DNA of 64,000 nucleotides from positions 8,013,929 through 8,077,928 of the forward strand of contig NC_057759.1 of NCBI RefSeq assembly GCF_004010195.1. Direction: 5' to 3'. A program made the translations under genes and the position numbers. Below are positions 38,023 to 51,020 of this stretch, one piece after another. Each line of letters starts with the position of its first letter. Position 1 is the first letter of the stretch. This stretch comes from Chiloscyllium plagiosum (Eukaryota). Below the pieces are notes generated by a model, which did not search any database, was not told the origin of the DNA, and saw only the letters and a program-made list of their open reading frames with translations.

Positions 38023-38959
38023 AGCTGTTTACGTTATTGGCTTGGAAGGGGCAACTCATCACCTCTATCTCAAAACCTTTCTTCAGGAAAAGACTAGGAC
38101 AAAATATACCTCTTAAAGCTATGAAAGAAAGTCAAAATTGTATTAGATCAAGAAGAATGGCTTACATTTGCCAGAGTATTAAGAGTGAGGATTGAGTATT
38201 TTAAATCACAGTAAAGGTAACCAAGAAACTGGTTTTAAAGAAAGTTAGCAAAAAACTTCAAGTGACCAGTAAAAAATTTGTTAGGTTTGTGGAAAGGATA
38301 AGATCAGTCAGTGCAAAATGAGGGCCTATTACAGGAGAGAAAAATAACTTCTGGTGAAGAACGGACAAATTGGAGAGAAACTAAGCTTGCTTCCCAGAAA
38401 TATTTGGCAAGCAAGGGACTTTGCTGAGGAATTAAAATGAATTTGTATTATTAAAGAGGGAGCAGAGACAAGTGTCAGCAGCTGGAAGGCCCCAAAATAC
38501 ACAAAATCCTGAACGTAGTTGCCCTTTAGACTTTTCATTCAATATGCTGACTGATGGCTAGCCAGGCTGAAAGACAGTGGAATAGATGAAGCAACCAAAA
38601 AGATAATGGGGATCTTTGTTGGGGGTAGATTCTGTACACAACAAGAGTATGAAAGTTGTGACTATGAGGAGTCTCAGAGTACAAAACTGGGAGATTGTTT
38701 TATAGTCCTTTCTACTGCCAAGCCAGATTTCCAAAGGCCTGGGTAGTTTGGTTTTCTGCCGTTAAATCCAAATTGATAAGACTTGAGTGCTTCTCAACAT
38801 CACCATACTCATCCAATCCCAAACAGCCACAGTTAACTGGAAGCAAGCACACTTGAGGTGGGTTGGAGTCATGGTACCCATTTAAGCATTTAACTCTTGC
38901 CCTTCTGCTATCTGTCCTATACGTTGGTATGGCTTGAATTATGCAAAATTATTGGAATC

Positions 38960-39127
38960 CTTATAGTGTGGAAGCAGGCCATTAGGTTCATCAGGTGCAC
39001 ACCGATCCTCTACCTTGTGCCCATAACTCCTGCATTCCTATGGTTAATCCACCTAATCTGCACATGCCTGGACACTGTGGGCAATGTAGCATGGCCAATC
39101 CACCTATCCTGCACATCTTTGGACTGT
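38960..39127 (-). mobile_element. HE1-type SINE 3' half
   Basis: AGCATGGCCAATCCACCTATCCTGCACATCTTTGGACTGT. Confidence 0.75.
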
Positions 39128-39226
39128 TCCTTTTTTTTAAATTTGAGTGTTGACATTCTGTTGCATTTTTATGTTTAATTCACTTTGGAAAATGTTTTAT
39201 GATATGTTTTTACAACTAAATCGAAG

Positions 39227-39400
39227 CAAGGTGAAGTCGAGGAAGAGGATGAAAATCTCCCTGTCCAGGAAGTATCATTTGATCCTGAGAAAACCCAGTG
39301 TTGCGTGGTGGAGAATGGACAAGTTCTGACTCATGGTAGTGGTGGAAAGGGCTATGGTTTAGCATCAACTGGAATTGCTTCTGGATGTTATCAGTGGAAG
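39227..39400 (+). CDS. HERC1: HERC1 exon 8, 174 nt, QGEVEEEDENLPVQEVSFDPEK...GCYQWK (start of SPRY region)
   Basis: The only nearby in-frame acceptor is tcgaag|CAA, which is weak; donor AAG|gtatat. The 5' boundary is less certain than for the other exons. Confidence 0.88.
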
Positions 39401-39554
39401 GTATATTAATAATTAATGGAAATTTTAAAATACCTTAATATTAAGACCAAATGACTTTGAATTGCGTCCCTTTTAAATGTGATCCAGTTTGACAGTGTCT
39501 TTTTGTTTTGTGTATTTGAATATCATCCGAGTACTTTCAAAATTTGTTTTCTAG

Positions 39555-39794
39555 TTCTATATAGTTAAAGAAAATAGAGGTAATGAAGGTACCTGTGTGG
39601 GAGTATCTCGCTGGCCTGTGCACGATTTCAACCATCGGACTACCTCAGACATGTGGCTGTACAGGGCTTACAGTGGTAATCTGTACCACAATGGGGAGCA
39701 GACACTCACCCTCTTCAGCTTTACTCAAGGAGACTACATAACATGTGTGTTGGATATGGAGGCCAGGACCATCTCATTTGGGAAAAATGGAGAG
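39555..39794 (+). CDS. HERC1: HERC1 exon 9, 240 nt, SPRY domain FYIVKENRGNEGTCVGVSRWPV...ISFGKNGE
   Basis: ttttctag|TTC ... GAG|gtgaac; SPRY motif GDYITCVLDMEARTISFGKNG. Confidence 0.97.
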
Positions 39795-41249
39795 GTGAAC
39801 TAATCTAAATATTCTCTGTTTGTAAACCCAGTTATAGCAAACCAGTTTAGAGTAGAAATTCTTCACTATCCACAATGTGCCAAAGTGGATGTCACTTTGA
39901 TCTTGTTATGAGAAAAAGGGTCTTCTTACCCTGTTACAACTGATAAAGTATACATCAGTCGATTCGATTTTTAGGATTTCACTTTTTACAGGCACTTATT
40001 CAGCAAAATTAAAAATTCTGTCCTTACACAGAAGGAATTAAATTTAAACTTGTGAAATACAGTGCATTCCTTATTACCTGTTCCATCTGAATGAAGCTCT
40101 GATTTTAAACGATGTACATCAATGATAGAGCAGATAAAGCGTATTTATGTTGAAGGGTTAGCATTAAGATAAGTCCTTGGTTATCCATCAACTCTGAGTA
40201 TTAATGTATTTCTGGGTTTTCTTATTTATCTTAGGAATGAATGACCAATTGACACAACAAAATTTATTTTAAAGTGTAATTTATTTAAAAAAAACACTGT
40301 CTAATGAGAATTAGACTATAAACAAAAAGCAAGGGCTGAGTTTTCTAGGATTGTTATGAATCACCTGGGGGAGGCCGTAAACCAAAATAATTAAATTGAC
40401 TGAATGATTATCAACAAGGTTTTATAGATTTTACTGTAATATGAATTAGATTTGGTGCAACTTGCATGTTAATACAACAAAGAGTAGTCTTTCTACAATA
40501 TGTTGACATCACTCGCAGGACAAAATGGCATGATATGTTTATACAGTTTCAAAGTATGTCTTCATTCATGAAGTGAGGACTCAATCTGATAACAGTTAGC
40601 ACCTTTGACTTTCATACTTTGATATCATTAGAAAGGCATACTTCTATGAATCATCTCACCCTCAGGTCAAGACAATGTTGTTGGTGTAGCTTTAAGAGTT
40701 TCTTTTCAACTGACAAACCAATAATGCCCTGGTTCAAGGTTTGACAACTTCTGGGGGAAAAAAACAGCTCTTTAGCATCTCTGTGCTATTCAAACAATTT
40801 ACCATATGTTAGAACTTTTTTATTCACCTGCCTCCTTTCTGGCTAAGCAGAAACCTAATCTCACTAAGAGTGAATTTCTTCTCCCCCAAGAATTCTCAGG
40901 GTCTCTCTTTCTGTTTCTGTATGTTTTCTCTGTGTTCGCACCTGTTTCTTCACACTCCAGCATCTCTGCTTTTAACTCTTTGTAGCTTTCTTTTAATGGT
41001 GATGCGACGTCTGGATTTAACTAACTTCTTCTTGGTACTGCTTCCAGGTAGAAGGTCACCAGATCTCAGACTAGTATTTATTCTCCAAGAAAATTGCAGT
41101 TGATCCCTTTTGCAATTGCTATAGATTCTTGACATCCTTTTCATAACATTCTTGTAATCAATTAAATTCCATGGATATTTTGCAGAAATTTTAAATTTTC
41201 TTACTGTGCTACTTCTGGGTCAAAGTTCATCACACACCCCAATTCTTTG

Positions 41250-42795
41250 AGTACACTTATGGACAAAGGGTGAAGGTAAACCACTGGCCTTTCAAGTATG
41301 TTCCACCATTCAATAAGGTCATGGTTGAACAAATTTTAACCTCAACTCGACATTCTTGCATATCTCCAATAATCTTTCATTCTTTTGATCACCAAGAATC
41401 TATCCATCTAGCTATCTCTGCATTTAAAATATTTAAAGATACTGCAGCCACTACCTTTTAAGAAAGAGAATTTCAAAGGCTGACACAAATGTTTTCTCAT
41501 CTCCATTTTAAATGGGAACCCTTATTTTTATGTTATGACTTCTAGATCTATATTCTCTCAGAAGAGGAAACATCCTTTCAACCTTCATCCAGTCAAGTTC
41601 CCTCAGGATTTTATATGATTCAGTTAAGTCACCTCTGATCTTGCTAAACTCCAGAAGATACAGTCCTAGCCTGTGTAGCCTTTCCTCATAAGGCAATCCA
41701 CTCATTCCAGCTATTAGTGTAGTAAACCTTCTCTGAACTGCTTCCAACACATTAACATCTTTCTGTCAGTGCAGTGACCAGTACTCTCCACAGCATTCCA
41801 CACTGCAGTCTCAACAATATTTATCATTAAAGAATAACCTCCCTCCTCTTGGCAATCAGTTCCCCTTGCAACAAGCCATAACATTCTATTAATCTTCCTA
41901 GTTACCTGCTGGCCTGGCATACTAATCTTCTGTGATTTGTGCAGTAGGACACCCAGGTCCTACTGCATCTCAGAACTCTGCAACTTCTCATCTTTAGATA
42001 ATATGCTGTTTTATTCTTTCTGTCAAACTGGATAATTTCATACTTTCCCATATTGCACGCCATTTGCTAGATCTTTGCTCACTTGCTCACTCTTTCCCTT
42101 TATAGGATGTTTATTTCTGCTTCACAGCTCACTTTCTGACCTACCTTTGTGTGATCAGCAAATTTAGCTGCCATGCCTTGATCACTTCATCCAAATCATT
42201 AATTTAAATTGTAAAGAGTTGAGGTCATCACCACTCATGACAGCCTGCGTGCCTGAAAAAGCCGATCTTTTATCATGCCAATATGTTACGCCCTACACAC
42301 TGAGCTTTTATTTTCTGTGATAGCCTTCAATGTGGCACCTTATAAACTGCCTTCTGAAAGTCAAAATGCAATATATCTACTGGTTCTTTTTTATCTACAG
42401 GGCAAGTTACTTCTTCAAAGAACGCCAATAAATTCATTGAGCATGATTTTCCTCTGATAAACCATATTGGCACTGCCTGAATACCTTGAACTTATAGAGG
42501 TTTATAAAATCATGAGAGGCTTGGGTGGGGTAAATAGACAAGGTCTTTTCTCTGGGGTAGGGAAGTCTAGAATTAGAGAGCATAGGTTTAGGATGAGAGG
42601 GAAAAGATTTAAAAGGGACCTTTCACATAGAGAGTTTTCAACATTTAAAAGGATGGGTATGCGAATAGGTAGGATTTTGAGGAAAATGGACCAAGTGCTG
42701 GCAAATGGGACAAGTGTAATTTAGGATTTCTGGTCGGCATGGCCAAGTTTGATTGAAGGGTCTGTTTCCATGCCTTATATCTCTGACTCTATAAG
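41250..42795. mobile_element. Old minus-strand CR1 followed by a plus-strand CR1 3' fragment (about 42490-42793)
   Basis: LEAVQRRFTTLIAGMSGLPYEERL (minus); [11 protein letters not shown] (plus). Confidence 0.8.
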
Positions 42796-43225
42796 TGCCC
42801 TGTTATGATATTATAATAGCTTATCACATTTTCCCAATCCCAGATATTAAATTAGGTTCCTAATTTCTGCTTTCCTCCCTTTTTCAATAAAGGAATCACA
42901 TTAGCTATTTTCCATTCTAAGCTTACCTGAATCTAGTGCTGTTTCCTCAAATGTCTGAATATTTAATGTAAAGATTTTTAAAAAACAAGAAATTTTCAGA
43001 TAGTATTTCTGCTAATCTCTTGCCTCAGCAAATCTAAGTTTAGATAAGGTGTGTACTACTGTTTTAATGTATTCTAGTCTATATACAGTTCACTGGAAAT
43101 TACTTGTGAAAATGTATCTTCAATCGTAGAAAGTGAAAGGGGTCACAGAATCATCCATTAGTAATAGCTGCTGTTATTGATGCAATATACATTAACATAT
43201 ATCTTTCATCATCTTTTCCTTCTAG

Positions 43226-43309
43226 GAGCCTAAGCTAGCTTTTGAAGATGTGGATGCAACTGAATTATATCCATGCGTAATGTTCTACAGCAGCAATCCT
43301 GGTGAAAAG
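43226..43309 (+). CDS. HERC1: HERC1 exon 10, 84 nt, EPKLAFEDVDATELYPCVMFYSSNPGEK (SPRY C-terminal part)
   Basis: ccttctag|GAG ... AAG|gtgaac; 28 codons read by hand (absent from the ORF track); LYPCV SPRY motif. Confidence 0.95.
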
Positions 43310-44611
43310 GTGAACATTTTTTCTAATTGAGCAATCCCACTGAGAGATTAGTGTTCGAGCATAGACATTTTTTCTAATGCCGTGTGCATTATATGATGAA
43401 AACATGTCAAATTTCAAATTGGTTTTATATAGTTCTTATCGGGTGTATTGCTGCAGACTACTGCACTAATCTGTTTCAGCTAGTAGCAACCCCAAAATAA
43501 CATAGTAGATTTTCTAAGCAGCAAGGAACATCTTAATTCAATCCAATTGTTGCTAAAGAGGTTTGGATCAATGGAATATAAAATGGGACATGTTGTCCAA
43601 GAAGAGCCCTCCCTCTTCTCATTGTGGTTTGTATTGTGCATTGGGTTAGCACCTTCTAAATGCTAAAAAATTCCAAATCATTTCATAAGAGAGTTATTAA
43701 ACAATACTTTGCCACCTGGCTACAAGAGATATTAAGATTGGTAACTAAAAATGGTCCAAAAATTAGTTTTGAGGAGCAACTTAAAGGAGAACTTGTTTGG
43801 CAGAGGGGTTAATGAGATCTAGATAGATGAAGGCACAGCTATTGTTGTAACTGGAAATTGGGGATATCCTGATAATCATCTGAAGTGAATTCAGGTTCTA
43901 TTTGGAGTTGCTATTGGACATAATTACAGAAAATGTTTAGCAGATCTGGCAGAATTCCTAATTAACAATTGGAGTGTCCTGACTGAATGGATTATCTCAT
44001 AATATGTCTGATTTTCAAGACAAAGAAGGAAACGATCATTGACATCACCTTGCTTCCCCTTCTAATGGCCTGTTGGCTCTTACCACACCACCTTCCTTCC
44101 AATGGCCTGACTCTCCCATTGCACTTAACTATGGTGTGACAATGCTGCTCCTTTAACAAGGTTATGATGGCCTTGTTTTTTTAAGAGAGATTATACAACA
44201 CAGACACTGAAAGTCTAAGTTGAAGGGTTTTAGGGCCAATTTGATTAAAGCTAACCGATACTGCCTCAGGCAGAATGCTTGCAAGTTTAAAAAAAACACT
44301 TGTACAATGAAAGAGGAGTGGCCAGTTCTCTCAGGTCAGCTTTTCTCTGATTTGATTTGCAGACTGGCTACTTACTGAAACCAGTCAGGCTGTGTTTGAA
44401 GCTGCTAGACCCAAAGAAACAGGTCCATACTGGTCTTCTCTCTCTGACATTTCTCCTGTAAGAACTTATGTTTGATTGTACCTTTTGTGCCAAGGGATGT
44501 TTATGGGGATTGTTGCAAGTATTGGGAACAGCATAATTAAGGTGGGATAATCTGTTGGGACAGTTAAGTTTATTCGATATTCTGTTCTCTTTTTTGTTTG
44601 TGAATCATCGT

Positions 44612-44851
44612 GGGCGGCACGGTGGCACAGTGGTTAGCACTGCTGCCTCACAGCGCCAGAGACCCGGGGTTTCCTCCGGGTGCTCCGGTTTCCTCCCACA
44701 ATCCAAAAATGTGCAGGCCAGGTGAATTGGCCATGCTAAATTGCCCGTAGTGTTAGGTAAGGGTTATGGGTGGGTTTCGCTTCGGCGGGTCGGTGTGGAC
44801 TTGTTGGCCCGAAGGGCCTGTTTCCACACTGTAATGTAATCTAATCTAATC
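44612..44851 (+). mobile_element. HE1-type SINE with an internal deletion, inserted in the 5' LTR
   Basis: Intact head, B box missing (GACCCGGG joined to GTTTCCTCCGGG), (TAATC)n tail; absent from the 3' LTR. Confidence 0.9.
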
Positions 44852-46754
44852 ATTCGGTAATCTTGCAAAACGTTTTGTTTTGTTTAAAACTAAGTAGTTT
44901 GACCAGTTGCACCCCTCTTGGAATATCCATGTTACACCTACTTAAAACAATGGGCAAAGTTAGGGTTTGGGCAACGTTCTTGAAATGTTTTCAGGGGGTC
45001 GGGCCTGGTCCATAATAGATTGGGACTTCTTGTGGGTTTTGTTCTATAGTTCTGATTTGCTATTAGGATTGTTGGACTCAAAGGAAGTGAGTGGCAGGTC
45101 TTTTGTTCTGGGTATTGATTTCAATCGGTTTAAACAGTGCTTGCGATAGCAATAGCTCTTTCAGTCATCAAGAGTTTTCTGGGGTAGAAGAAATGACTTT
45201 GAGGGTTTTGCAAAAGGCAATTAAGGCCAAACTGCTGGGATTAGCAGACAAGCTAGAGTCGGAGTTACCTCCTTCTGTGAGGTAATTACATTAACGCTCA
45301 GCATTTAAATTTTCTGGAAATGGCATCAGAATCTTTAGAGATGGCTAAAATTCAGTTGAAAATGAAGCAGCTTAAGTTAAAGGCAAACGACAAGGAAAGG
45401 GCAACAGAAATGAAACAGTTTGAATTATGATTAAAATCAGAGGAGAGAGAAAGAGGGAGAAAAGAGAGGAAAGGAAGAATGAGAGGGGAGTTTGAATTTC
45501 AGAAATTGGCTCTTATACAGGAGTTCAATAATCCCCTTTCTGAAGTAGTGAGAACTCGTGTGGAAGAGCAGAGAGTTAAAGTGGCAAGATTAGCAGCTGA
45601 AATGGCTGATGATTATGAGTTGGCCCATAAATCAAAGTTTATCTTCCAAAATCGATTTCAATCCGTGAGAAACAGAAGTTTGTGAAATTGAGAAATCCTC
45701 ACGTGGAAAGGGAAAGGTGGACCTTGGTGAAGATCATAAAGATAACTTGCCACAAGATAAAAAAGAAACTCTTGAAAGAAAAAGAGAAGTTGAAAAGCTC
45801 TGGTGTTCTCACTGCAATAAAGTAAGCCACATGAAATAATAGTGTTCGGAAAAGCATTGGAAAGCCAGATATAGGAAAATAAGATAAGCCAGTGAATTTT
45901 GCTGGAATGGTAATGGAAAGCACGGTGGAGGCTAGAAAGCTGCACCAGAATGTACAAGCTAGTCAAGAGGTTGGTTAAGGGGGAAGTGCCAGATAATATT
46001 AAACCATATACCTGCAAAGGTAAAGTTTACGCACATTGGGCAGGAGTAGAAGATAAGAGATTAAGAGATACAGGATCCTCTCAATCTGTGATGTTGAAAG
46101 ATGAGGGGATATGTACCTCTGAAGGACTATTGCCAGAAAAGGTGCTAGTAACAGGAATTCACAGTGAGACAAGAAGCGCTCTGTTATGTAAAGTGAGGTT
46201 GGAGTATCCAGTGAAGAGTGGAGAATTCGAGGTAGGAGTGCTGGACAAACACTCAGCTCCAGGAGTACAATTTGTCCTCCTAATGATACAGCTGGGTCAC
46301 AGGTAGCTGTGGTCCATACTGTGGTTGAAAAGCCAGTGGAAAGTTAGGCAACTCAATTATCGCAGGACACATATTTCTGGACGGCACGATAACGTGGTCA
46401 CTAAGTCACGAGTTGAAACAGGAGAGATCAAAGAGTACAGATAAGAAAGTTGAAGTTGAATTAGTAGAGACCCTGTTTGATTAGATGGTTGACACAAACA
46501 AGGAACCAATGGATGACACAGCTGACATCTTTCGCTCACACAAATCAATTGAGTTACAGCAGAAACCTGAAAATTTAAAGTAATTAAATCAAATGGCATA
46601 CACAGGAAAAGAATACAAATGTATCCCTGAATGTTATTATCTTAAAAATGATGTCTTAATGACGAAATAGAGACCATCACGCATTCAGGCAGATGAGAAA
46701 TGGGCCAAAACTGAGGCATTCGCAAGTACTAAGATAGGCTGAAATAAAATGTAG

Positions 46755-46948
46755 GAGAAAGTGAGATGCTAGAGGTCAGAGTCGAGAGTGTGGTGCTGGA
46801 AAAGCATAGCAGGTCAGGCAGCATCAAAGGAGCAGGAGAATTGATACTTCATCAGGAATGAAGAAGGACTTATGCCCAAAACGTCGATTCTCTTACTCCT
46901 CGGATGCTGCCTGACCTGCTGTGCTTTTCCAGCACCACTTTCGACTCT
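46755..46948 (-). mobile_element. PLE-derived fold-back element (ACGT-hammerhead family) inside the LTR element
   Basis: TSD GAAA(T/C)AAAATGTAG at 46741-46754 and 46949-46962; inverted arms; partial core CATTCCTGATGAAG on the minus strand. Confidence 0.82.
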
Positions 46949-48689
46949 GAAACAAAATGTAGTAGTGCATGTTTGCATGATTATTGTCAATGTACTGTAT
47001 ATGGATGTTGTAGTACCCTAACAATTTGAGATTAAAGAGTTTTAAAATTAAGCCATCTTTCGATATTAATGGTTCATCTCTTTTTTAAGGGGTGTGACGA
47101 TGCTGCCCCTTTAACAAGGTTATGGTGTTCTTGTTTTTTTTTCAAAGAGTTGTAAAAGACAGAGACTCTGAAAAATCTAAGTTAAAGGGTTTCGGGGCCA
47201 ATTTGATTGTAGTTAACAGATACTGCCTCAGGCAGAAGACTTTCAAGTTTAAAAATTGTACAATGAAAAGGGAGTCGCCAGTTCTCCCAGCTCAGCTTGG
47301 CTCTGGGTTAATTTGTTTTTTTTGCAGTCTGGCTTTTCACTGAAAGCAATCAGGCAGTATTTGAAGTTGCTGAACCCAAACAAGCAGGTCCATGCTGGTC
47401 CTCCCTCTCTGACATCTCTCCTGTAAGACGCTGTGTTTGGTTCTACCTTTTGTGCCAAGGGATATTTATGGAGATTGTTGCAAGTATTGGGAACAGCATC
47501 ATTAGGTGGGGATGGTCTGTTGGGTCAGTAGGTTAAGTTATTCGCTATTGTGTTTTTTTTTTGTGTTTCATTCAGTAATATTGTAAGTAAATTCTGTTTT
47601 GCTTAAAACTAAGTGGTTTGACCTGCTGCATCCCTCCTAGAATATCCGTGTTACACCTGCTTAAAACATCTAACAAAGTTAGAGTCTGGGCTACCTTCTT
47701 GAACTGTTTTGTGGGTATCTAGCCTGGTCCAGTATAATAGCTGGTCACTCTCTTATCTCCACTGATAGCCTAATTCTCACCCTGACTATCAAAACCCGCT
47801 CCCCAAGCCTTAGTTAATTTGACTCTCGCTTCTACCTTCCAATGCTTATTCTGCCTAGTCACCACCACAGCACCAGACCTGAGGCTAATTGAAGCCATTA
47901 ATGTTGCACTGCTGTCTACTGTTCCAAACACAAATTTGTCTCTTCTGCATTTGCCACAACTAGTGACCCTATCAGCAGAATTTAAAGGAGTAGTAGTTCT
48001 TGCTGGTTATAGTTAACTGTTTGCCTGCGGAGTCAATACCATCAAACAGCAATAGTCCTATTGTAGCAGATGTAATTTTGGGATGTCTACCACCCTATTA
48101 TTTCATTATCAAACAGACTTAACAAATCAGAAGATGTGTGCTGGTATAGTTTAGCGCAGCTGAGAACGGAAATTAAAAGGTTAACAAGAAGGATTTGCTT
48201 GATGCAGGTGAGTGAGATTAGAGTTTAGAAAAAGAAAATCCATGAGCAGTTCGAGCTTAGTGAAGCTAGTGGCCAGTGAAAAGCTGATGTTGTACCTAAG
48301 AGTGAAGACTGGAATGAAAATTCTAGAGTCCATCTGATCATACACCCAGAAAAGGAGGAGGATGACCAGAAATGGAGCAATCATTGAAACAGTCTACAAA
48401 AGAGAAGTTCTTGAGACAGAATTTCAAGATTGCATTAGCAGAGATGAAGAATTGATAGTCTTTGTGAATGGTAAGGCAGTTTGAAGAATTACTGTATTAA
48501 CACTTGTGGGGAATTATTAAGAAATCCCTTAAGTTCTATATTGCTGGATTCTGCATTCAATGTTTTAAGTATACTGTGGGGTCCAAGATTGCAATTTGTT
48601 ATCCATCTTTAAGACATTTTAATTCTGTGTGCGACAATATAACTTGTAAATGTATTGTTGATTATATTTCTGTTCTAGTTTTGTACAAT

Positions 48690-51020
48690 ACAGAACTGGC
48701 TCAAAGGCTCAAAGACTTTGAGGGTGGTGGTGGAGGGTTGTTTTTCAGACTGGAGGCCTATGACCAGTGGGGTGCCACAAGGATGGGTGCCCTCTACCTT
48801 TTGTCATTTACATAAATGATTTGGATGCGAGCATAAGAGGTACAATTAGTAAGTTTGCAGATGACACCAAAATTGGAGGTGTAGTGTACAGCGAAGAGGG
48901 TTACCTCAGATTACAACAGAACTTTGACCAGATGGGCCAATGGGCTGAGAAATGGCAGATGGAGTTTAATTCAGATAAATGAGAGGTGGTGCATTTTGGG
49001 AAAGCAAATCTTAGCAGGACTTATACACTTAATGATAAGGTCCTAGGGAGTATTGCTGAACAAAGAGACCTTGGAGTGCAGGTTCATAGCTCCTTGAAAG
49101 TGGAGTCGCAGCTAGATAGGATAGTGAAGAAGGCATCTGGTAATCATCTGGTGTGAAATCAAGTTAGCCAGGAAAGACTCAAAGAGAGAGCCAAGAGGGG
49201 ACGTGAGAAGACTTTGGCAGGTAGAATGAAGGAAAACCCTAAAGCTTTCTAAACATATGTCAGAAATAAAAGAATGACTAGAGTAAGATTAGGGCCAATC
49301 AAGGACAGTACTGGGAAGTTGTGTGTGGAGTCAAGGAGATCAGAGAAGTGATAAATGAATATTTTTCTTTAGTACTGGAAAAAGACAATGTTGTTGAGGA
49401 GAATACTGAGATACAGGCTATTAGACTAGATGGGATTGAGGTTCATAAGGAGGAGGTGTTAGCAGTTCTGGGAAGTGTGAAAATAAATATGTCCTCTGGG
49501 CCAGATGGGATTTATCCTAGAATTCCCTGGGAAGCTCGGGAGGAGATTGCAGAACTTTTGGCTTGGATCTTTATGTCATCATTGTCGACAGGAATGGTAC
49601 CTGAAAACCGGGGGATAACAAATGTTGTCACCTTGTTCAAGAAGGGGAGTAGAGACAATCCTGGTAATTATCGACCAATGAACCTTACTTCGGTTGTGGG
49701 CAAAGTGTTGGAAAAGGTTATAAGAGATAGGATTTATAATTAATGTAGACAGGAATAAGTTGATTAGGGATTTTGTGAAGAATACGTCATGCCTCACAAA
49801 CCTTATTCAGTTCTTTGAGAAGGTGACCAAACAGGTGGATAGGGTTAAAGTGGTTGATGTAATGTATATGGATTTCAGTAAAGTGTTTGATGAGGTTCCC
49901 TGTGGTAGGCTATTGCAGAAAACAGAGGCATAGAATTCAGGGTGATTTAGCAGTTTGGATCAGAAATTGCCTAGCTGAAAGTAAACAGAGAGTGGTGGTT
50001 GATGGGAAATGTTCATCTGGAGTACAGTGACTAGCGGTGTACCATAAGGATCTATTTTGGGGCCACTGCTGTTTGTCATTTTTATAAATGACCAAGATGA
50101 TGGCGTAGAAGGATAGGTTCATAAATTTGCGGATGACACTAAGGTCGGTGGAGTTGTGGACAGTGCCGAAAGATGTTGCAGGTTTCAGAGAGACATAGAT
50201 AAGCTGCAGAGCTGGGCTGAGTGGTGCAAATGGAGTTTAATGGGGAAAGTGTGAGGTAATCACTTTGGAAGGAGTAACAGGAATAAAGAGTACTGGCTAA
50301 TGATAAGATTCTTGGTAGTTGTGGATGAGCCGAGAGATCTTGATGTCCATGTGCATAGATCCCTGAAAGTTGCCACACAGGTTGTTAGAGTTTTTAAGAA
50401 GGTGTTCAGTGTGTTTGGTCTTATTGATAGAGGGATTGAGTTCCAGAGACATGAGGTAATTGTTGCAGCTGTACAAAACTCTGGTGCGGCCACATTTGGA
50501 GTATTGTGTACAGGTCTAATCGCTGCATTATAGGAAAGATATGGAAGCTTTGGAAAGGGTGCAGAGGAGATTTACCAGGATGTTGCATAGTATGGAGAGA
50601 ACGTCTTATTAGGAAAGGTTGAGGGAATTGAGACTGTTTTCGTTAGAGAGAGGAATGTGGAGAGGTGACTTAATTGAGACATATAAGATAATTGGAGGGT
50701 TAGATAGGGTGGACAGTGAGAGCCTTCTTCCTTGGATGGAGATGGCTAGAACGAAGGGACATAGCTTTAAATTGAGGGGTGATAGATATAGAACAGATGT
50801 CATAGGTAGTTTCTTCACTCAGAGTAGTCTGGGCGTGGAACGGCCTGTCTGCAACAGTAGTAGACTCGCCAACTTTATGGGCATTTAAATGGTCATTGGA
50901 TAAACATATGGATGATAATAGGATAGTGTAGGATAGATGGGCTTCTGATTGGTTCACAGGTTGGCGCAACATCGAGAGCCAAAGGGTCTGTACTGCGTTG
51001 TAATGTTCTCTGTTCTATGG
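48690..51020 (+). mobile_element. Two adjacent CR1 LINE fragments (about 48690-49140 and 49180-51020)
   Basis: ISKFADDTKIGG; SGPDGIYP, NYRPMNLTS; TGTTCTCTGTTCTATG tail. Confidence 0.9.

Larger units (their letters stand above)
44135..47739 (+). mobile_element. Internally deleted Gmr1-like Gypsy LTR retrotransposon (LTRs about 44135-45017 and 47093-47739)
   Basis: Two diverged direct repeats starting TGTGAC(A/G)ATGCTGC; AAGGGG polypurine-tract remnant before the 3' LTR; coiled-coil gag, SCAN-like segment LIQEFNNPLSEVVRTRVEEQRVKVARLAAEMADDY, CX2CX4HX4C knuckle at 45804-45845, protease LRDTGSSQS at 46061; no RT or integrase core seen. Confidence 0.85.
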
